A stretch of 64,000 bases of DNA from Longimicrobiales bacterium (GCA_965116905.1 OZ220732.1:3232001-3296000); one strand, 5' to 3'; shown: positions 24,858 through 37,478, counted from the stretch's first letter. Numbers and translations: made by a program. Notes: a model not told the origin generated them from the sequence alone.

Positions 24858-26402
24858 ATGTATGATCCACTAAGAGCAAAGGCCAAAGCCGCCCTTTCGG
24901 TTGCGGGCTGCTTCCTCGTCGGGCTGGGCCTGGCCTCCCAGTTCGGCTTCGTGGAGGCCCCCGCGCCAGCCATTGTCGTCCAGACCGACGCGAGGGTCCC
25001 GGAGGAGGCTGTTCAGCCAGCCCTCGACCTGAGCCAGGCATTCGTCAACGTCGCCGACGCGGTCACGCCCGCGGTGGTGATGATCGAGGCGTCCCGCGCG
25101 CAGACACGCGAGCAGAGCGGATTCGACCGGTTCTTCCGACAGCAGCCGCAACGCGGCATGCCGGACATGGTCCAGGTCGGGGGCAGCGGGTTCATCGTCT
25201 CGGAAGACGGGTACGTGATGACCAACAACCACGTCATCGACAACGCCGAACGAATCACGGTTACGCTGCAGGACGGACGGACGTTCCGCGCGGAGGTCGT
25301 GGGGAGCGATCCCACCACCGACATCGCGGTCATCAGGATCGACGGCACCGGTCTGCCCACGGCATCCCTCGGGTCGTCCGCGGATGTCCGGGTCGGCGAA
25401 TGGGTGCTCGCGATCGGGAATCCCGGGTTCGCGCGGCGCGGCTCCCCCGACCTCGACTACACCGTCACGGCGGGGATCGTGTCGGCGCTGGGCCGGTCGC
25501 TGAGTCTGATCAACCGCAGTCTGTTCGCGGATCCGGAATTCACCGGAGATGCCCGCTTCGCCCTCGAGGACTTCATCCAGACGGACGCGGTCATCAATTC
25601 GGGCAACTCCGGCGGGCCGATGGTCAACCTTCGCGGACAGGTGATCGGGATCAACGCGGCGATCGTCAGCAACACGGGCGTCTACCAGGGGTACGGATTC
25701 GCCATCCCGATCGACCTGGCGCACCGCGTCATGGAGGACCTGGTCGCCTATGGGCACGTCAAGAGGGCCTACCTGGGCGTGAGCATCCGCGAGGTGTTCG
25801 CCGAAGACGCGGAATACCTCGGACTGCCGGCGGTCTCGGGCGCGTTCGTGGAGTCGGTCACGCCGGGAGAGCCCGCCGAGAGAGCCGGCCTGCGGCAATA
25901 CGACGTGATCACCGAGGTCGAGGGTGAACGCGTGGTGTCCGGCAACGACCTGCAGCACAAGATCGCGCTCAGGTCGCCCGGCGACCGGGTGCGGATCACG
26001 CTGTTCCGGGACGGAGCCCCGCGCGACGTCACGGTCAGGCTCGACGAGGCGCCGTTCTCCGGCGATGTCGCGGTCGCCGCGGCACCCGAGCCCCGGACGG
26101 CGGACAAGATCGGGATCGATGTCGTGGACATCACCCCGGAGATCGCCGACCAACTGCGCCTGGAGAGCACCGAGGGCGTCGTGGTCCGCGACGTTCAGGC
26201 CGGCGGCCCGGCCGCGCGCCGGAACATCGGGCCCCGCTGCGTCATCCGCCAGATCGACCGCCGCGCGATTCGGGACACCGACGATGTGGAGGCCGCGTTC
26301 CGCGACGTGGCGCCCGGCGACGTGGTCTCGCTGATCGCCGCCTGCCCCCGTGCCGACCAGGGCATGGTGGAGTCCATGTACAACATCCGCGTTCCGCGCT
26401 GA
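24858..26402 (+). CDS. DegP/HtrA serine protease with two PDZ domains
   Basis: N-terminal hydrophobic segment; catalytic triad motifs TNNHV, DIAV and IQTDAVINSGNSGGP; two PDZ-like regions. Confidence 0.96.
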   Translation: MYDPLRAKAKAALSVAGCFLVGLGLASQFGFVEAPAPAIVVQTDARVPEEAVQPALDLSQAFVNVADAVTPAVVMIEASRAQTREQSGFDRFFRQQPQRGMPDMVQVGGSGFIVSEDGYVMTNNHVIDNAERITVTLQDGRTFRAEVVGSDPTTDIAVIRIDGTGLPTASLGSSADVRVGEWVLAIGNPGFARRGSPDLDYTVTAGIVSALGRSLSLINRSLFADPEFTGDARFALEDFIQTDAVINSGNSGGPMVNLRGQVIGINAAIVSNTGVYQGYGFAIPIDLAHRVMEDLVAYGHVKRAYLGVSIREVFAEDAEYLGLPAVSGAFVESVTPGEPAERAGLRQYDVITEVEGERVVSGNDLQHKIALRSPGDRVRITLFRDGAPRDVTVRLDEAPFSGDVAVAAAPEPRTADKIGIDVVDITPEIADQLRLESTEGVVVRDVQAGGPAARRNIGPRCVIRQIDRRAIRDTDDVEAAFRDVAPGDVVSLIAACPRADQGMVESMYNIRVPR

Positions 26403-26470
26403 CGGGACGGGCGGCCGCGCGGGGCTCCCCGCCGGCCGCCCGGCAGCGCGACCCGCAGGGGGCGTGCCCC

Positions 26471-26498
26471 TTGGTGAACCCCCTTCCCGCATTACCTT
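26471..26498 (+). promoter_or_regulatory. Possible sigma-70 promoter for tRNA-Leu/tig
   Basis: TTGGTG, 16-nt spacer, TACCTT. Confidence 0.4.
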
Positions 26499-26556
26499 TT
26501 CTGTTCGGACGTCGAGTTCTGTTCGGACGTACGTCGAGTTCTGTTCGGACGACGAG
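26499..26556 (+). repeat. Three copies of an ~18-bp tandem repeat in the tRNA leader
   Basis: ttctgttcggacg(t/a)cgag at 26499, 26517 (with an extra acgt) and 26539. Confidence 0.9.
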
Positions 26557-26568
26557 CCCCGACCAGGA

Positions 26569-26651
26569 GCGAAAGTGGCGGAACTGGTAGACGCGCAAGA
26601 TTTAGGATCTTGTGGCCGCTGGCCGTGGGGGTTCGAGTCCCCCCTTTCGCA
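26569..26651 (+). tRNA. tRNA-Leu (anticodon TAG); CCA not encoded
   Basis: Acceptor stem gcgaaag/ctttcgc, D-loop tggta, anticodon arm caaga-ttTAGga-tcttg, long variable arm and GTTCGAG T-loop. Confidence 0.97.
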
Positions 26652-26691
26652 CTCTCCGCGAACCGAGAGCGCACTCCCCGCGAACTGAGAG

Positions 26692-28005
26692 ATGAGCACC
26701 CTGGACGCATCCCGGCTGGAGGTGAAGGTCGTCAGCGGCGAAGGCTGCCGCCGGGACCTGGAGGTGGCCGTACCGATCGAATACCTCGAGGGCGAGCGGC
26801 GGGCCTTGACCCGGAGCTACGCCTCACGGATGAAACTGAAGGGTTTCCGCAAGGGCAGGGTCCCGGGACACGTGATCGCGCAGCGCTATGGAGCGGCGAT
26901 CGAGGAAGAGGCTGTCGAGCGGCTGGTGCGGAAGGCCTGCGACACCGCCATGGAACAGCATGAGCTGCGGCCGGTGACCGACGTGGATGTCAACGATGTC
27001 CGTCTGCCTGCCGGAGGGCCGCTGTCGTTCACCGCCTCATTCGAAGTTCGGCCCACGGTGCCGCTCGGGCGCATCGGCGGCTTCCGGGTCGAGCACCCGG
27101 GTGTGGACGTGCCAGGCGAGGCCGTGGACAGGATTATGGAACGGCTGCGGGGGGAGCACGCCGCCTGGCGCACCGCCGCCAACGGCCAGCCCGAGACGGG
27201 GGACTCGGTGACGGTGGCGCTGACACGGCTCGACATCGGTCCCGAGGAGAGCGACGAGGACGGGCCGGCCAGCCGGCAATACGACTTCATTCTCGGCCAG
27301 GGACAGGCGCTCCCCGACATCGAGGACGCGGTGCGGTCACTGGCCGCGGGCGACGCGGACGAGTTCGAGATCGCGTTTCCCGACGACTTCCCCGACGAGA
27401 GCCGGCGGGGCCGCAGCCAGCGGCTCCGGATCGAGCTGCTTTCCAGGCGCGTACCGGAGCTTCCCGACCTGGACGACGACTTCGCGCGGACGGTGGGAGA
27501 CTTCGAGGACCTGGACACACTGCGTGCCCGGATCGGCGAGGACCTGGAGCGCGAGGCGAGATCCGGTGCCGAGTCCGAAGTCAACAACCGGCTCATGCGC
27601 CTCGTCGTCGAAGCCAACCCGTTCGAGGTTCCCGAATCCATGGTGACCGCCTACACCGACGCGGTGATCAGGGATATTCAGGGGGAGGAGGGCAAGGAGG
27701 TGCAGGAGGCCGCCGAAAAGCTCAGGGAAGAGATCCGGCCCACCTCCGAATTCGCCGTGCGGCGCGAGCTGCTCTCGGCGCGGATCGCCGATGAGCACGA
27801 GCTGCATGCGTCGGCGGAGGACGTGGACGCCCGGGTGGAGGCCCTGGCCCGAAGCATGGGCGAGCCCCGCGCCAGGGTGCGTGCCCGTCTGCGCAAGTCC
27901 GGAGCGCTCCGCAGCATCGAGCGGGGGTTGACCGAAGCGAAGCTCTTCGCCTTTCTCCGGGAGCGGTCGGAGATCGTGGGAGCCCCCGACGAGGAGAAGT
28001 CATGA
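26692..28005 (+). CDS. tig: Trigger factor
   Basis: GFRKGRVP ribosome-binding motif, FPDDF, DDDFAR and FEVPESMV; lies upstream of clpP. Confidence 0.95.
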   Translation: MSTLDASRLEVKVVSGEGCRRDLEVAVPIEYLEGERRALTRSYASRMKLKGFRKGRVPGHVIAQRYGAAIEEEAVERLVRKACDTAMEQHELRPVTDVDVNDVRLPAGGPLSFTASFEVRPTVPLGRIGGFRVEHPGVDVPGEAVDRIMERLRGEHAAWRTAANGQPETGDSVTVALTRLDIGPEESDEDGPASRQYDFILGQGQALPDIEDAVRSLAAGDADEFEIAFPDDFPDESRRGRSQRLRIELLSRRVPELPDLDDDFARTVGDFEDLDTLRARIGEDLEREARSGAESEVNNRLMRLVVEANPFEVPESMVTAYTDAVIRDIQGEEGKEVQEAAEKLREEIRPTSEFAVRRELLSARIADEHELHASAEDVDARVEALARSMGEPRARVRARLRKSGALRSIERGLTEAKLFAFLRERSEIVGAPDEEKS

Positions 28006-28034
28006 GCATCGAAGGCACCGGAGGGCGATAGCGG

Positions 28035-28649
28035 ATGGCCATATTCCCGCCTTACGTGATCGAACGCACGAGCCGCGGCGAGCGCAGCTACGACATCTTC
28101 AGCCGGCTGTTGATGGACCGGATCGTGTTTCTGGGAAGCTCCATCAACGACCAGGTGGCCAACATCATCGTCGCGCAGCTGTTGTTCCTGGACGCCGATG
28201 ATCCGGACCGCGACATCTACCTCTACATCAACTCGCCGGGAGGCAGCGTATACGCCGGACTCGCCATCTTCGACACGATGAACCACCTGCGGGCGCCGGT
28301 TTCGACGTACTGCGTGGGCATGGCCGCGTCGATGGGCGCCCTCCTGCTGGCCTCGGGCGCGAAAGGGAGCCGGAGCGCGCTGCCCAACTCGCGCATCATG
28401 CTGCACCAGCCGTCTTCGGGCTACCAGGGCACCGCCGCGGACATCGAGATCGCGGCGAAGGAGGTGCTGGGAACCCGGGAACGGCTCAACCGGATCCTCG
28501 CGAAGCAGACCGGACAGACGATCAAGAAGATCAATGCCGACGTGGACCGGGACCGGTGGATGAGCGCCGAGGAGGCGGTTGCATACGGCCTGGTCGACCA
28601 GGTCCTGTCGAAGGAGAACGGCCGCAAGGCCGGATCCGATTCGAAATAG
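28035..28649 (+). CDS. clpP: ATP-dependent Clp protease proteolytic subunit
   Basis: [22 protein letters not shown] and RIMLHQP. Confidence 0.99.
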   Translation: MAIFPPYVIERTSRGERSYDIFSRLLMDRIVFLGSSINDQVANIIVAQLLFLDADDPDRDIYLYINSPGGSVYAGLAIFDTMNHLRAPVSTYCVGMAASMGALLLASGAKGSRSALPNSRIMLHQPSSGYQGTAADIEIAAKEVLGTRERLNRILAKQTGQTIKKINADVDRDRWMSAEEAVAYGLVDQVLSKENGRKAGSDSK

Positions 28650-28659
28650 GAGGGACGCG

Positions 28660-29919
28660 ATGTCGAGCGACAAGCACCTGCGCTGCAGCTTCTGCGGCAA
28701 GTCGAAGGAGTCGGTCAAGAAGTTCATCTCCGGCCCGTCGGTATACATCTGCAACGAGTGCATCTCGCTGTGCAACGAGATCCTGGCCGAGGAAGAGGAG
28801 CGGGAGAGCCAGGAAACGTCCATCACCACCCTCACGCCCGCGGAGATCAAGGACTTCCTCGACGACTACGTGATCGGGCAGGAATCGGCGAAACGGTCGC
28901 TGGCGGTCGCCGTCTACAACCACTACAAGCGCGTCCACAAGCAGGGGAAGCTCGACGAGGTCGAGATCGACAAGGCCAACGTGCTGCTGGTGGGGTCCAC
29001 CGGAGTCGGGAAGACGCTGCTGGCGCAGACCCTGGCGCGCGTTCTGCAGGTTCCCTTCACCATCGCGGACGCCACCACGCTGACCGAGGCGGGGTACGTC
29101 GGCGAGGACGTCGAGAACATCCTCGTGCGGCTGCTTCAGGCCAGCGACTTCAACCTCAGCGAGTGCGAGCGCGGCATCGTCTACATCGACGAACTCGACA
29201 AGATCGCCCGCAAGTCGGAGAACCCGTCGATCACCCGGGACGTCTCGGGCGAAGGGGTCCAGCAGGCGCTCCTGAAGATCCTGGAAGGAACGGTGGCCAG
29301 CGTGCCCCCGCAGGGAGGCCGCAAGCACCCTCAGCAGGAGTACATCCAGATCGACACGCGCAGCATTCTGTTCATCTGCGGAGGGGCGTTCGAGGGACTG
29401 GACAAGATCATCGAGCAGCGCCTGGGCAAGCGGCAGATCGGGTTCGGAGGAGAGGACGAGGACGCCGAAGCCGCGGCGGACGACCGCTACGGTCTGGACG
29501 ACGACCCCATGGCGTGTCTCGAGCCCGAGGACCTGCAGCGCTTCGGGCTGATCCCCGAGCTGGTGGGGAGGCTGCCCGTCACCGTGTCGCTGGACGACCT
29601 GGACGAGGAGGCGCTCGTCCGCATCCTGCAGGAGCCCAGGAACGCGCTCGTGAAACAGTATCAGAAGATGTTCGAGATCGAGGGAATCGGGTTGACCTTC
29701 GATCCCGGAGCGCTGCGGGAGATCGCCCGCCAGACCTTTGGCCGCGGAACCGGCGCACGCGGATTGAGGGCCGTGCTGGAACGGATCATGCGCGACCTGA
29801 TGTTCGAGCTGCCGTCGCGCAGCGACGTGCGGGAGGTGGTCGTGACGCCCGAGTGCGCCACCGGCAGGGTTCCGCCGCTCCTCGTACTGCGGCCCGAGGC
29901 CCAGCGGAAAGAGGCCTGA
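28660..29919 (+). CDS. clpX: Clp protease ATP-binding subunit ClpX
   Basis: CSFCGK...ICNEC zinc domain, [14 protein letters not shown] and IGFG loop. Confidence 0.99.
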   Translation: MSSDKHLRCSFCGKSKESVKKFISGPSVYICNECISLCNEILAEEEERESQETSITTLTPAEIKDFLDDYVIGQESAKRSLAVAVYNHYKRVHKQGKLDEVEIDKANVLLVGSTGVGKTLLAQTLARVLQVPFTIADATTLTEAGYVGEDVENILVRLLQASDFNLSECERGIVYIDELDKIARKSENPSITRDVSGEGVQQALLKILEGTVASVPPQGGRKHPQQEYIQIDTRSILFICGGAFEGLDKIIEQRLGKRQIGFGGEDEDAEAAADDRYGLDDDPMACLEPEDLQRFGLIPELVGRLPVTVSLDDLDEEALVRILQEPRNALVKQYQKMFEIEGIGLTFDPGALREIARQTFGRGTGARGLRAVLERIMRDLMFELPSRSDVREVVVTPECATGRVPPLLVLRPEAQRKEA

Positions 29920-29994
29920 CGGCCCGTGGACATGGTCCAGCGCCTCACCGCTTCCGGTGCTCGCGCGGGCCGTTCCACGGACTAGGCGCCGGGC

Positions 29995-32415
<2,421 letters not shown>

Positions 32416-32425
32416 GGGCAGCGCC

Positions 32426-33034
32426 GTGGTTGTCCGCACTGTCGAGTTCGCCGGATCGGTGGTCGCGCCGGGGCAGCCCCACCCGGGAGCGCTGCCCCAG
32501 GTCGCCTTTGCAGGGCGGTCCAACGTCGGCAAGTCGTCGCTGATCAACCGCGTACTGGGGCGGCCCAGGCGCAAGGTCGCCCGTGTGTCGGCCTCGCCGG
32601 GAAAGACCCAGGCGCTCAACTTCTACGAGGTCAACGGGGCGTTCTTTCTGGTGGACCTGCCGGGGTCGGGGTACGCCAGGGCGCCCAGGGCCGTGCGGGA
32701 CTCGTGGCGGACGCTGGTTCGGAGCTACCTTGCGGGGTGCGAGGCACTGCGCGGGGTGGTATACCTGGTGGACTCCCGTCATCCGCCGACCGCGGGGGAC
32801 CTGGAGTTCGTCGACTACCTCGCCGAGACGGGGCTGCCAACCCTGATTGCGCTCACAAAGGTCGACAAGCTCAGGGCCACGGAGCGCGAGCGCGAGAGCG
32901 GCGTTGCGCGGCGTGTGACGGACCTCCTCGGGATCGCGGAGGAGCAGGTGCTGTCGACTTCCGCGCGCACCGGGGAGGGCGCCCCGGAAGTGCTCGACGC
33001 CATCGCGGCGCTGCTGGAACTGGAGGAGGAGTAA
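32426..33034 (+). CDS. engB: Ribosome biogenesis GTPase EngB/YsxC
   Basis: GRSNVGKSSLIN, PGKTQ, DLPG and TKVDK. Start uncertain. Confidence 0.95.
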   Translation: MVVRTVEFAGSVVAPGQPHPGALPQVAFAGRSNVGKSSLINRVLGRPRRKVARVSASPGKTQALNFYEVNGAFFLVDLPGSGYARAPRAVRDSWRTLVRSYLAGCEALRGVVYLVDSRHPPTAGDLEFVDYLAETGLPTLIALTKVDKLRATERERESGVARRVTDLLGIAEEQVLSTSARTGEGAPEVLDAIAALLELEEE

Positions 33035-33661
33035 ATGGAAAGGGACCCTGGCCGGATGCTGTGGACCGTGAGCCTGGCGGCGGCCGCGGCCGCGGCGTGC
33101 GCTCCCGCGCCGCCGCCGGGCGGAGCTAGAGTGCCGGCGGACGTTTCCCGGCGCACCGCCCCCGAGGCTGCGCTGCCCGCCGGATCGCTCCGGCAGGACC
33201 AGATCTCGGTGCAACTGGTTTCCGGGGCGCTGCGGATCGAGGTTACGCCGCTGGCGGCATGGGTGCTCGAGGCCGCGGCGCCCGACACACGCGACCGGCT
33301 CCGGCGAATCGCGGAGGCGCACGGGGAAGCGATGGGCCGCGGGGGAAGCGACGGCGCGCCTTCCCTTTTCCTCGTGTCCTTTTCGAGCGCGCAACCCGGA
33401 ACCGAGTTCCACCCGGACGATCTTCACCTGATGTCGCGGGGACTCAGGGAGCGCCCCGCCGCCATACGGGCGATTACGCCGGGTTGGGGCGGGCAGCGAC
33501 TCGAGCAGCAGTCCACCGCGACGGCGGTCTACGCGTTCGGAGGAGAGCTGGATCTCGCCCGCGAACTCACCGTGGTGTACCGCGAGGCCGAAGACTCGTC
33601 CTGGGCCGGCAAGGTGGCGATCATCGAGGCGGAGCGGGGAAGGATACCGAGCAGTCCCTGA
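33035..33661 (+). CDS. Putative lipoprotein of unknown function
   Basis: Signal-like segment ending in AAAC; begins immediately after the engB stop. Confidence 0.7.
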   Translation: MERDPGRMLWTVSLAAAAAAACAPAPPPGGARVPADVSRRTAPEAALPAGSLRQDQISVQLVSGALRIEVTPLAAWVLEAAAPDTRDRLRRIAEAHGEAMGRGGSDGAPSLFLVSFSSAQPGTEFHPDDLHLMSRGLRERPAAIRAITPGWGGQRLEQQSTATAVYAFGGELDLARELTVVYREAEDSSWAGKVAIIEAERGRIPSSP

Positions 33662-33709
33662 GCGAATCCCCCGGCATCCGGGGCGGCGAAGCATCCGGGA
33701 CGGCCGGCG

Positions 33710-35413
33710 TCAGACCTCTTCCCCGCTCTCCTGCAGGCCGTACTTCCTGACCTTGCGGTAGAGGGTGCGCTCCCCGATCCCGAGTATCTCGGCGGCCTGG
33801 CGCCGGTTCCACTCGACCGACTCGAGCACCGTCACGATGACCTCCCGCTCCATGTCGTCCAGGGTCATGCCGGGACGATAGGCGACGGCGCCCATGTCGC
33901 CGGCGACCTCGGGCGGCTGATCCGAGGGCTCGGTGGCGGCACCTGCCCCGGTGGGGGCGTCCGCTTCCGCAAGGATCTCCGTGTCCGCTTCCGCAAGGAT
34001 CTCCACGTCCGCATGGGGCAGCTCGCCGTCCCCCGTGCCGGTCTGCACCCGCTCATCGCCGGCGGGCTCGTCCCGGCCGGACGCGACGGCTCTCGCCGGT
34101 CGCTCGTAGACGATCTCGGCCGAAGGTTCGCCACCGTGCTCTTCGACCTGGAATGCCTCGAATTCGCGCCGGAGGTCCTCGATATCGACCTTCATCTCCA
34201 TCATCGTGCGGAAGATGAATTCGAGTTGGGGCCGGAGCGATTCGGCGCTGCCGTCACCACGCCGGGCGGGGCCGGGGCGGGTGGGCACCAGGGCGAGCGT
34301 CCCGTCCCCGGAGCGCACGTCGTCGGGAATGTCCTCGGCGCGGATCCGGCGACCCGGCGCGAGGACCACCATGCTCTCGATCAGGTTGCGCAACTCGCGC
34401 ACGTTTCCGGGCCACCGATGGCGGATCAGGATGTCCATCGCGTCGCTGGAGATCCCGCGGAAGGGACCGCGATCGTGGCGCTCCCCGGCTTCACGAATGA
34501 ATGCGTCCACAAGAAGCGGGATATCGTCCCGGCGGTGTCGAAGCGGTGGCAGGGCGATGGTCAGAACGTTGAGGCGATAGTAGAGGTCTTTTCGGAAATC
34601 TCCTGACACCACAAGGTGTTGCAGATGCTGGTTCGTCGCGGCCAGTATGCGGACATTCACGCGAATCAGCTTCTGGCCACCGACCCTGTGGAACTCCTGC
34701 TGCTCCAGCACACGGAGGAGCTTCGTCTGCGTCTGAGGCGGCATCTCCCCGATTTCGTCGAGGAAGATGGTGCCGCCGTTGGCCAGCTCGAACAGTCCCC
34801 GGCGCGAGTCGATCGCCCCGGTGAACGCTCCCTTCTCGTGGCCGAAGAGCTCGCTTTCGAGGAGGGTCTCGGAAAGCGCCGCGACGTTGACCGGGATGAA
34901 GCTCTTGTGGCGGCGGCGCGACAGAGCATGGATCCCCCGGGCCACCAGCTCCTTGCCGGTGCCCGACTCGCCCGTCACGAGGACCGTGGCGTGGACGGGG
35001 GCGATCTGGACGACGCGTTCGAGCACCTCCATCATTGCGTCGGTCTCACCCACGATCCCGGTCGCCCGCCGGAGCCGCTTGCGTTCGATCGCCCTCGTGC
35101 CAACCAGGACGATCTCCTCCGGGTCGGCCGGACGCGCGAATGCGAGGGTGATATCGGCCGAAGGCGTCGCCGCCCGCCCGGCCCCGACCACCGCCAGGAC
35201 AGGGACCCCCCGCTCCGTCGCCTGGCCGGCCTGTCGCTTGCCCGAGTCCGCATCGGCGCCCCCGGTGAACACGAGCAGAACCGGCTCTTCGACACTGGCG
35301 ACATCCTCGCCGGCGGTGAACAGCTCAACGCGGTAGCCGGCGTGGCGGAACCCGGCACGCAGCTCTCCGGCGAGCGGCAGGTCGTGCGTCGTGACGAGGA
35401 CGGTTTCGGCCAT
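33710..35413 (-). CDS. Sigma-54-dependent enhancer-binding protein (pseudo-receiver, AAA+, Fis-type HTH)
   Basis: GESGTGKE, ESELFGHEKGAFTGA, FLDEIGE, WPGNVREL and a C-terminal HTH (AAEILGIGERTLYRK). Confidence 0.96.
   Translation of the reverse strand: MAETVLVTTHDLPLAGELRAGFRHAGYRVELFTAGEDVASVEEPVLLVFTGGADADSGKRQAGQATERGVPVLAVVGAGRAATPSADITLAFARPADPEEIVLVGTRAIERKRLRRATGIVGETDAMMEVLERVVQIAPVHATVLVTGESGTGKELVARGIHALSRRRHKSFIPVNVAALSETLLESELFGHEKGAFTGAIDSRRGLFELANGGTIFLDEIGEMPPQTQTKLLRVLEQQEFHRVGGQKLIRVNVRILAATNQHLQHLVVSGDFRKDLYYRLNVLTIALPPLRHRRDDIPLLVDAFIREAGERHDRGPFRGISSDAMDILIRHRWPGNVRELRNLIESMVVLAPGRRIRAEDIPDDVRSGDGTLALVPTRPGPARRGDGSAESLRPQLEFIFRTMMEMKVDIEDLRREFEAFQVEEHGGEPSAEIVYERPARAVASGRDEPAGDERVQTGTGDGELPHADVEILAEADTEILAEADAPTGAGAATEPSDQPPEVAGDMGAVAYRPGMTLDDMEREVIVTVLESVEWNRRQAAEILGIGERTLYRKVRKYGLQESGEEV
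33959..34004 (-). repeat. In-frame duplication with a 24-bp period (EILAEAD twice) in the bEBP linker
   Basis: gtccgcttccgcaaggatctcc at 33959 and 33983. Confidence 0.85.
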
Positions 35414-35416
35414 GCG

Positions 35417-36526
35417 TTATCTCTTGATGGAACCCTCGGTGTAGAAGGGTGGCCGCTGGGTGCATCCCGCGATGACCCGGTTGCGGATCCTCACCCCGAC
35501 CTCGGTGCCGGGGCGCGCCGCGCCTACTGGAAGATACCCCAGCGCGACTCCATACCCGAGGGAGGGACTGGCGACGCCGGATGTGACCGTTCCCACCTCC
35601 TCCGCGTCGTGGACGAGCGCATAGCCAGGGCGTGGAAAGCCCCGTTGCGTCAGCCGGATTCCCGTGAGGCGGCGAGTCACACCGCTCTCCTTCTGGGCGG
35701 CCAGCGCTGCGCGTCCAATGAAGTCGCCGGCGTCGAGCTTCACGATCCAGGCCAGGCCGGACTCGAGCGCGGTGTGTTCCTCGTCGAGGTCGTTGCCGTA
35801 CAGCGCGTACCCCATCTCCAGACGCAGCGAATCCCGCGCGCCCAGGCCGGCCGCAGTCAATCCGTGCGGCTCACCCGCCTCCGTCACCGCGCGCCATGTG
35901 TCGACCGCGGCGTCGGCCGGCAGGTACAGTTCGAATCCATCCTCTCCCGTGTAGCCGGTTCTGCTCACCAGCGCTTTCACGCCCGCAACGTCGCCCTCGG
36001 CGAAGCGATAGTAGCCCACGCGGCCGAGGTCGACGCCCGTCAGGGGGGTCAGGATGGCTTCGCTCGCGGGACCCTGCAGTGCGATCAGGGCAATGTCGTC
36101 CGAGTCGTCGGCAAGCTCGACGTCGAAGTCCGCCGCGTGCGCGCTGATCCAGCGCCAGTCCTTCTCCCGGTTGCTCGCGTTGACGACCAGCACGATGCGG
36201 TCGTGGAAACGGTAGACCAGGAGGTCGTCGAGGATCGTGCCGCGTTCGTTGCAGAGGGCCGAGTACTGCGCCTGACCCGCGGCGGCCCGTGACACGTCGT
36301 TGACGGTCAGGTACTGGACGAAGTCGGCGGACTGGGGCCCGCGGACGGTGAATTCGCCCATATGGGACACGTCGAAGAGGCCCGCTGCCGTGCGGACCGC
36401 CGTGTGCTCGGCGCGGATGCCGCCAGGATACTGTACCGGCATGGCGTAGCCGGCGAACGGGACCATCTTGCCGCCCAGCTCGGTGTGGACATCGTGGAGC
36501 GGCGTCTTTCTCAGGCTGGCGTTCAT
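35417..36526 (-). CDS. gcvT: Glycine cleavage system aminomethyltransferase T
   Basis: FDVSHMGE, RTGYTGEDGFE and GLGARDSLRLEMGY. Confidence 0.98.
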   Translation of the reverse strand: MNASLRKTPLHDVHTELGGKMVPFAGYAMPVQYPGGIRAEHTAVRTAAGLFDVSHMGEFTVRGPQSADFVQYLTVNDVSRAAAGQAQYSALCNERGTILDDLLVYRFHDRIVLVVNASNREKDWRWISAHAADFDVELADDSDDIALIALQGPASEAILTPLTGVDLGRVGYYRFAEGDVAGVKALVSRTGYTGEDGFELYLPADAAVDTWRAVTEAGEPHGLTAAGLGARDSLRLEMGYALYGNDLDEEHTALESGLAWIVKLDAGDFIGRAALAAQKESGVTRRLTGIRLTQRGFPRPGYALVHDAEEVGTVTSGVASPSLGYGVALGYLPVGAARPGTEVGVRIRNRVIAGCTQRPPFYTEGSIKR

Positions 36527-36551
36527 GGTAGCAACCGAAGCGTTCGTGTGG

Positions 36552-37457
36552 TCAGATCAGGTCCAGCAGGAGGGCCTTGATGAAATGCAGGCGGTTTTCG
36601 GCCTCGCGGAATATGCGGGAACGCGGCCCGTCGATCACCCCGGCGGTCACTTCCTCACCCCGGTGCGCGGGAAGACAGTGGAGGAAGATCGCCGAGGGGT
36701 CGGCCCGGCCCATGAGCGGCTCGTCCACCTGAAAGCCCGCGAAGGCCTTCTCCCTGGTGCTCTGTTCGTCCTCCTGCCCCATCGAGGCCCAAACGTCCGT
36801 CGTCACCACATGTGCACCGACAACCGCATCGGCCGGCGAACCGAGCACCTCCACGTCGGTGCCGGCACGGGCTCTGGCCAGGATCGCCGGGTCGGGACCG
36901 TAGTCTTCGGGGCACGCGAGCCGCAGGCTGAACCCGAAGCGAAGCGCGGCGTTGAGCCAGGAGTTCGCCATGTTGTTGCCGTCGCCCACCCACGCGACGC
37001 GGAGCGCGGACAGGTCGCTTCCAAACTCCTCGGCGGCCGTGAAGAGATCGGCCATCACCTGACATGGGTGCAGAAGGTCGGTCAGGCCGTTGATCACGGG
37101 CACGGTCGCCTCGCGCGCCAGCTCGGTCACCTCGTCCTGCGCGAACGTTCGGATCAGGATCGCGTCGACGTACCGGCTCAGGACGCCGGCGGTATCGGCC
37201 ACGCTTTCGCCGCGCCCGATCTGGGAGTCCTGGTCGGAGATCATGATCGCGTGGCCTCCGAGCTGCGCCATGCCCGCCTCGGTGCTCACGCGCGTCCGCG
37301 TCGAACTCTTGCGAAAGATCATCGCCAGGGTGCGGCCCTGGAGGGGGCGGCCGGCCAGCTCACCGCGCTTGAGCCGTTCCGTCAATTTCAGGAGGTGATG
37401 GAGATACCCGGCATCGTGTGCGGCGATGTCGAGGAAGTCGCGCTTCGGGGCGGCCAT
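36552..37457 (-). CDS. argF: Ornithine carbamoyltransferase
   Basis: SSTRTR, HPCQ, DVWASMGQE and HCLPAHRG. Confidence 0.97.
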   Translation of the reverse strand: MAAPKRDFLDIAAHDAGYLHHLLKLTERLKRGELAGRPLQGRTLAMIFRKSSTRTRVSTEAGMAQLGGHAIMISDQDSQIGRGESVADTAGVLSRYVDAILIRTFAQDEVTELAREATVPVINGLTDLLHPCQVMADLFTAAEEFGSDLSALRVAWVGDGNNMANSWLNAALRFGFSLRLACPEDYGPDPAILARARAGTDVEVLGSPADAVVGAHVVTTDVWASMGQEDEQSTREKAFAGFQVDEPLMGRADPSAIFLHCLPAHRGEEVTAGVIDGPRSRIFREAENRLHFIKALLLDLI

Positions 37458-37478
37458 GGGTCTGATCGCTTCAGCGCG

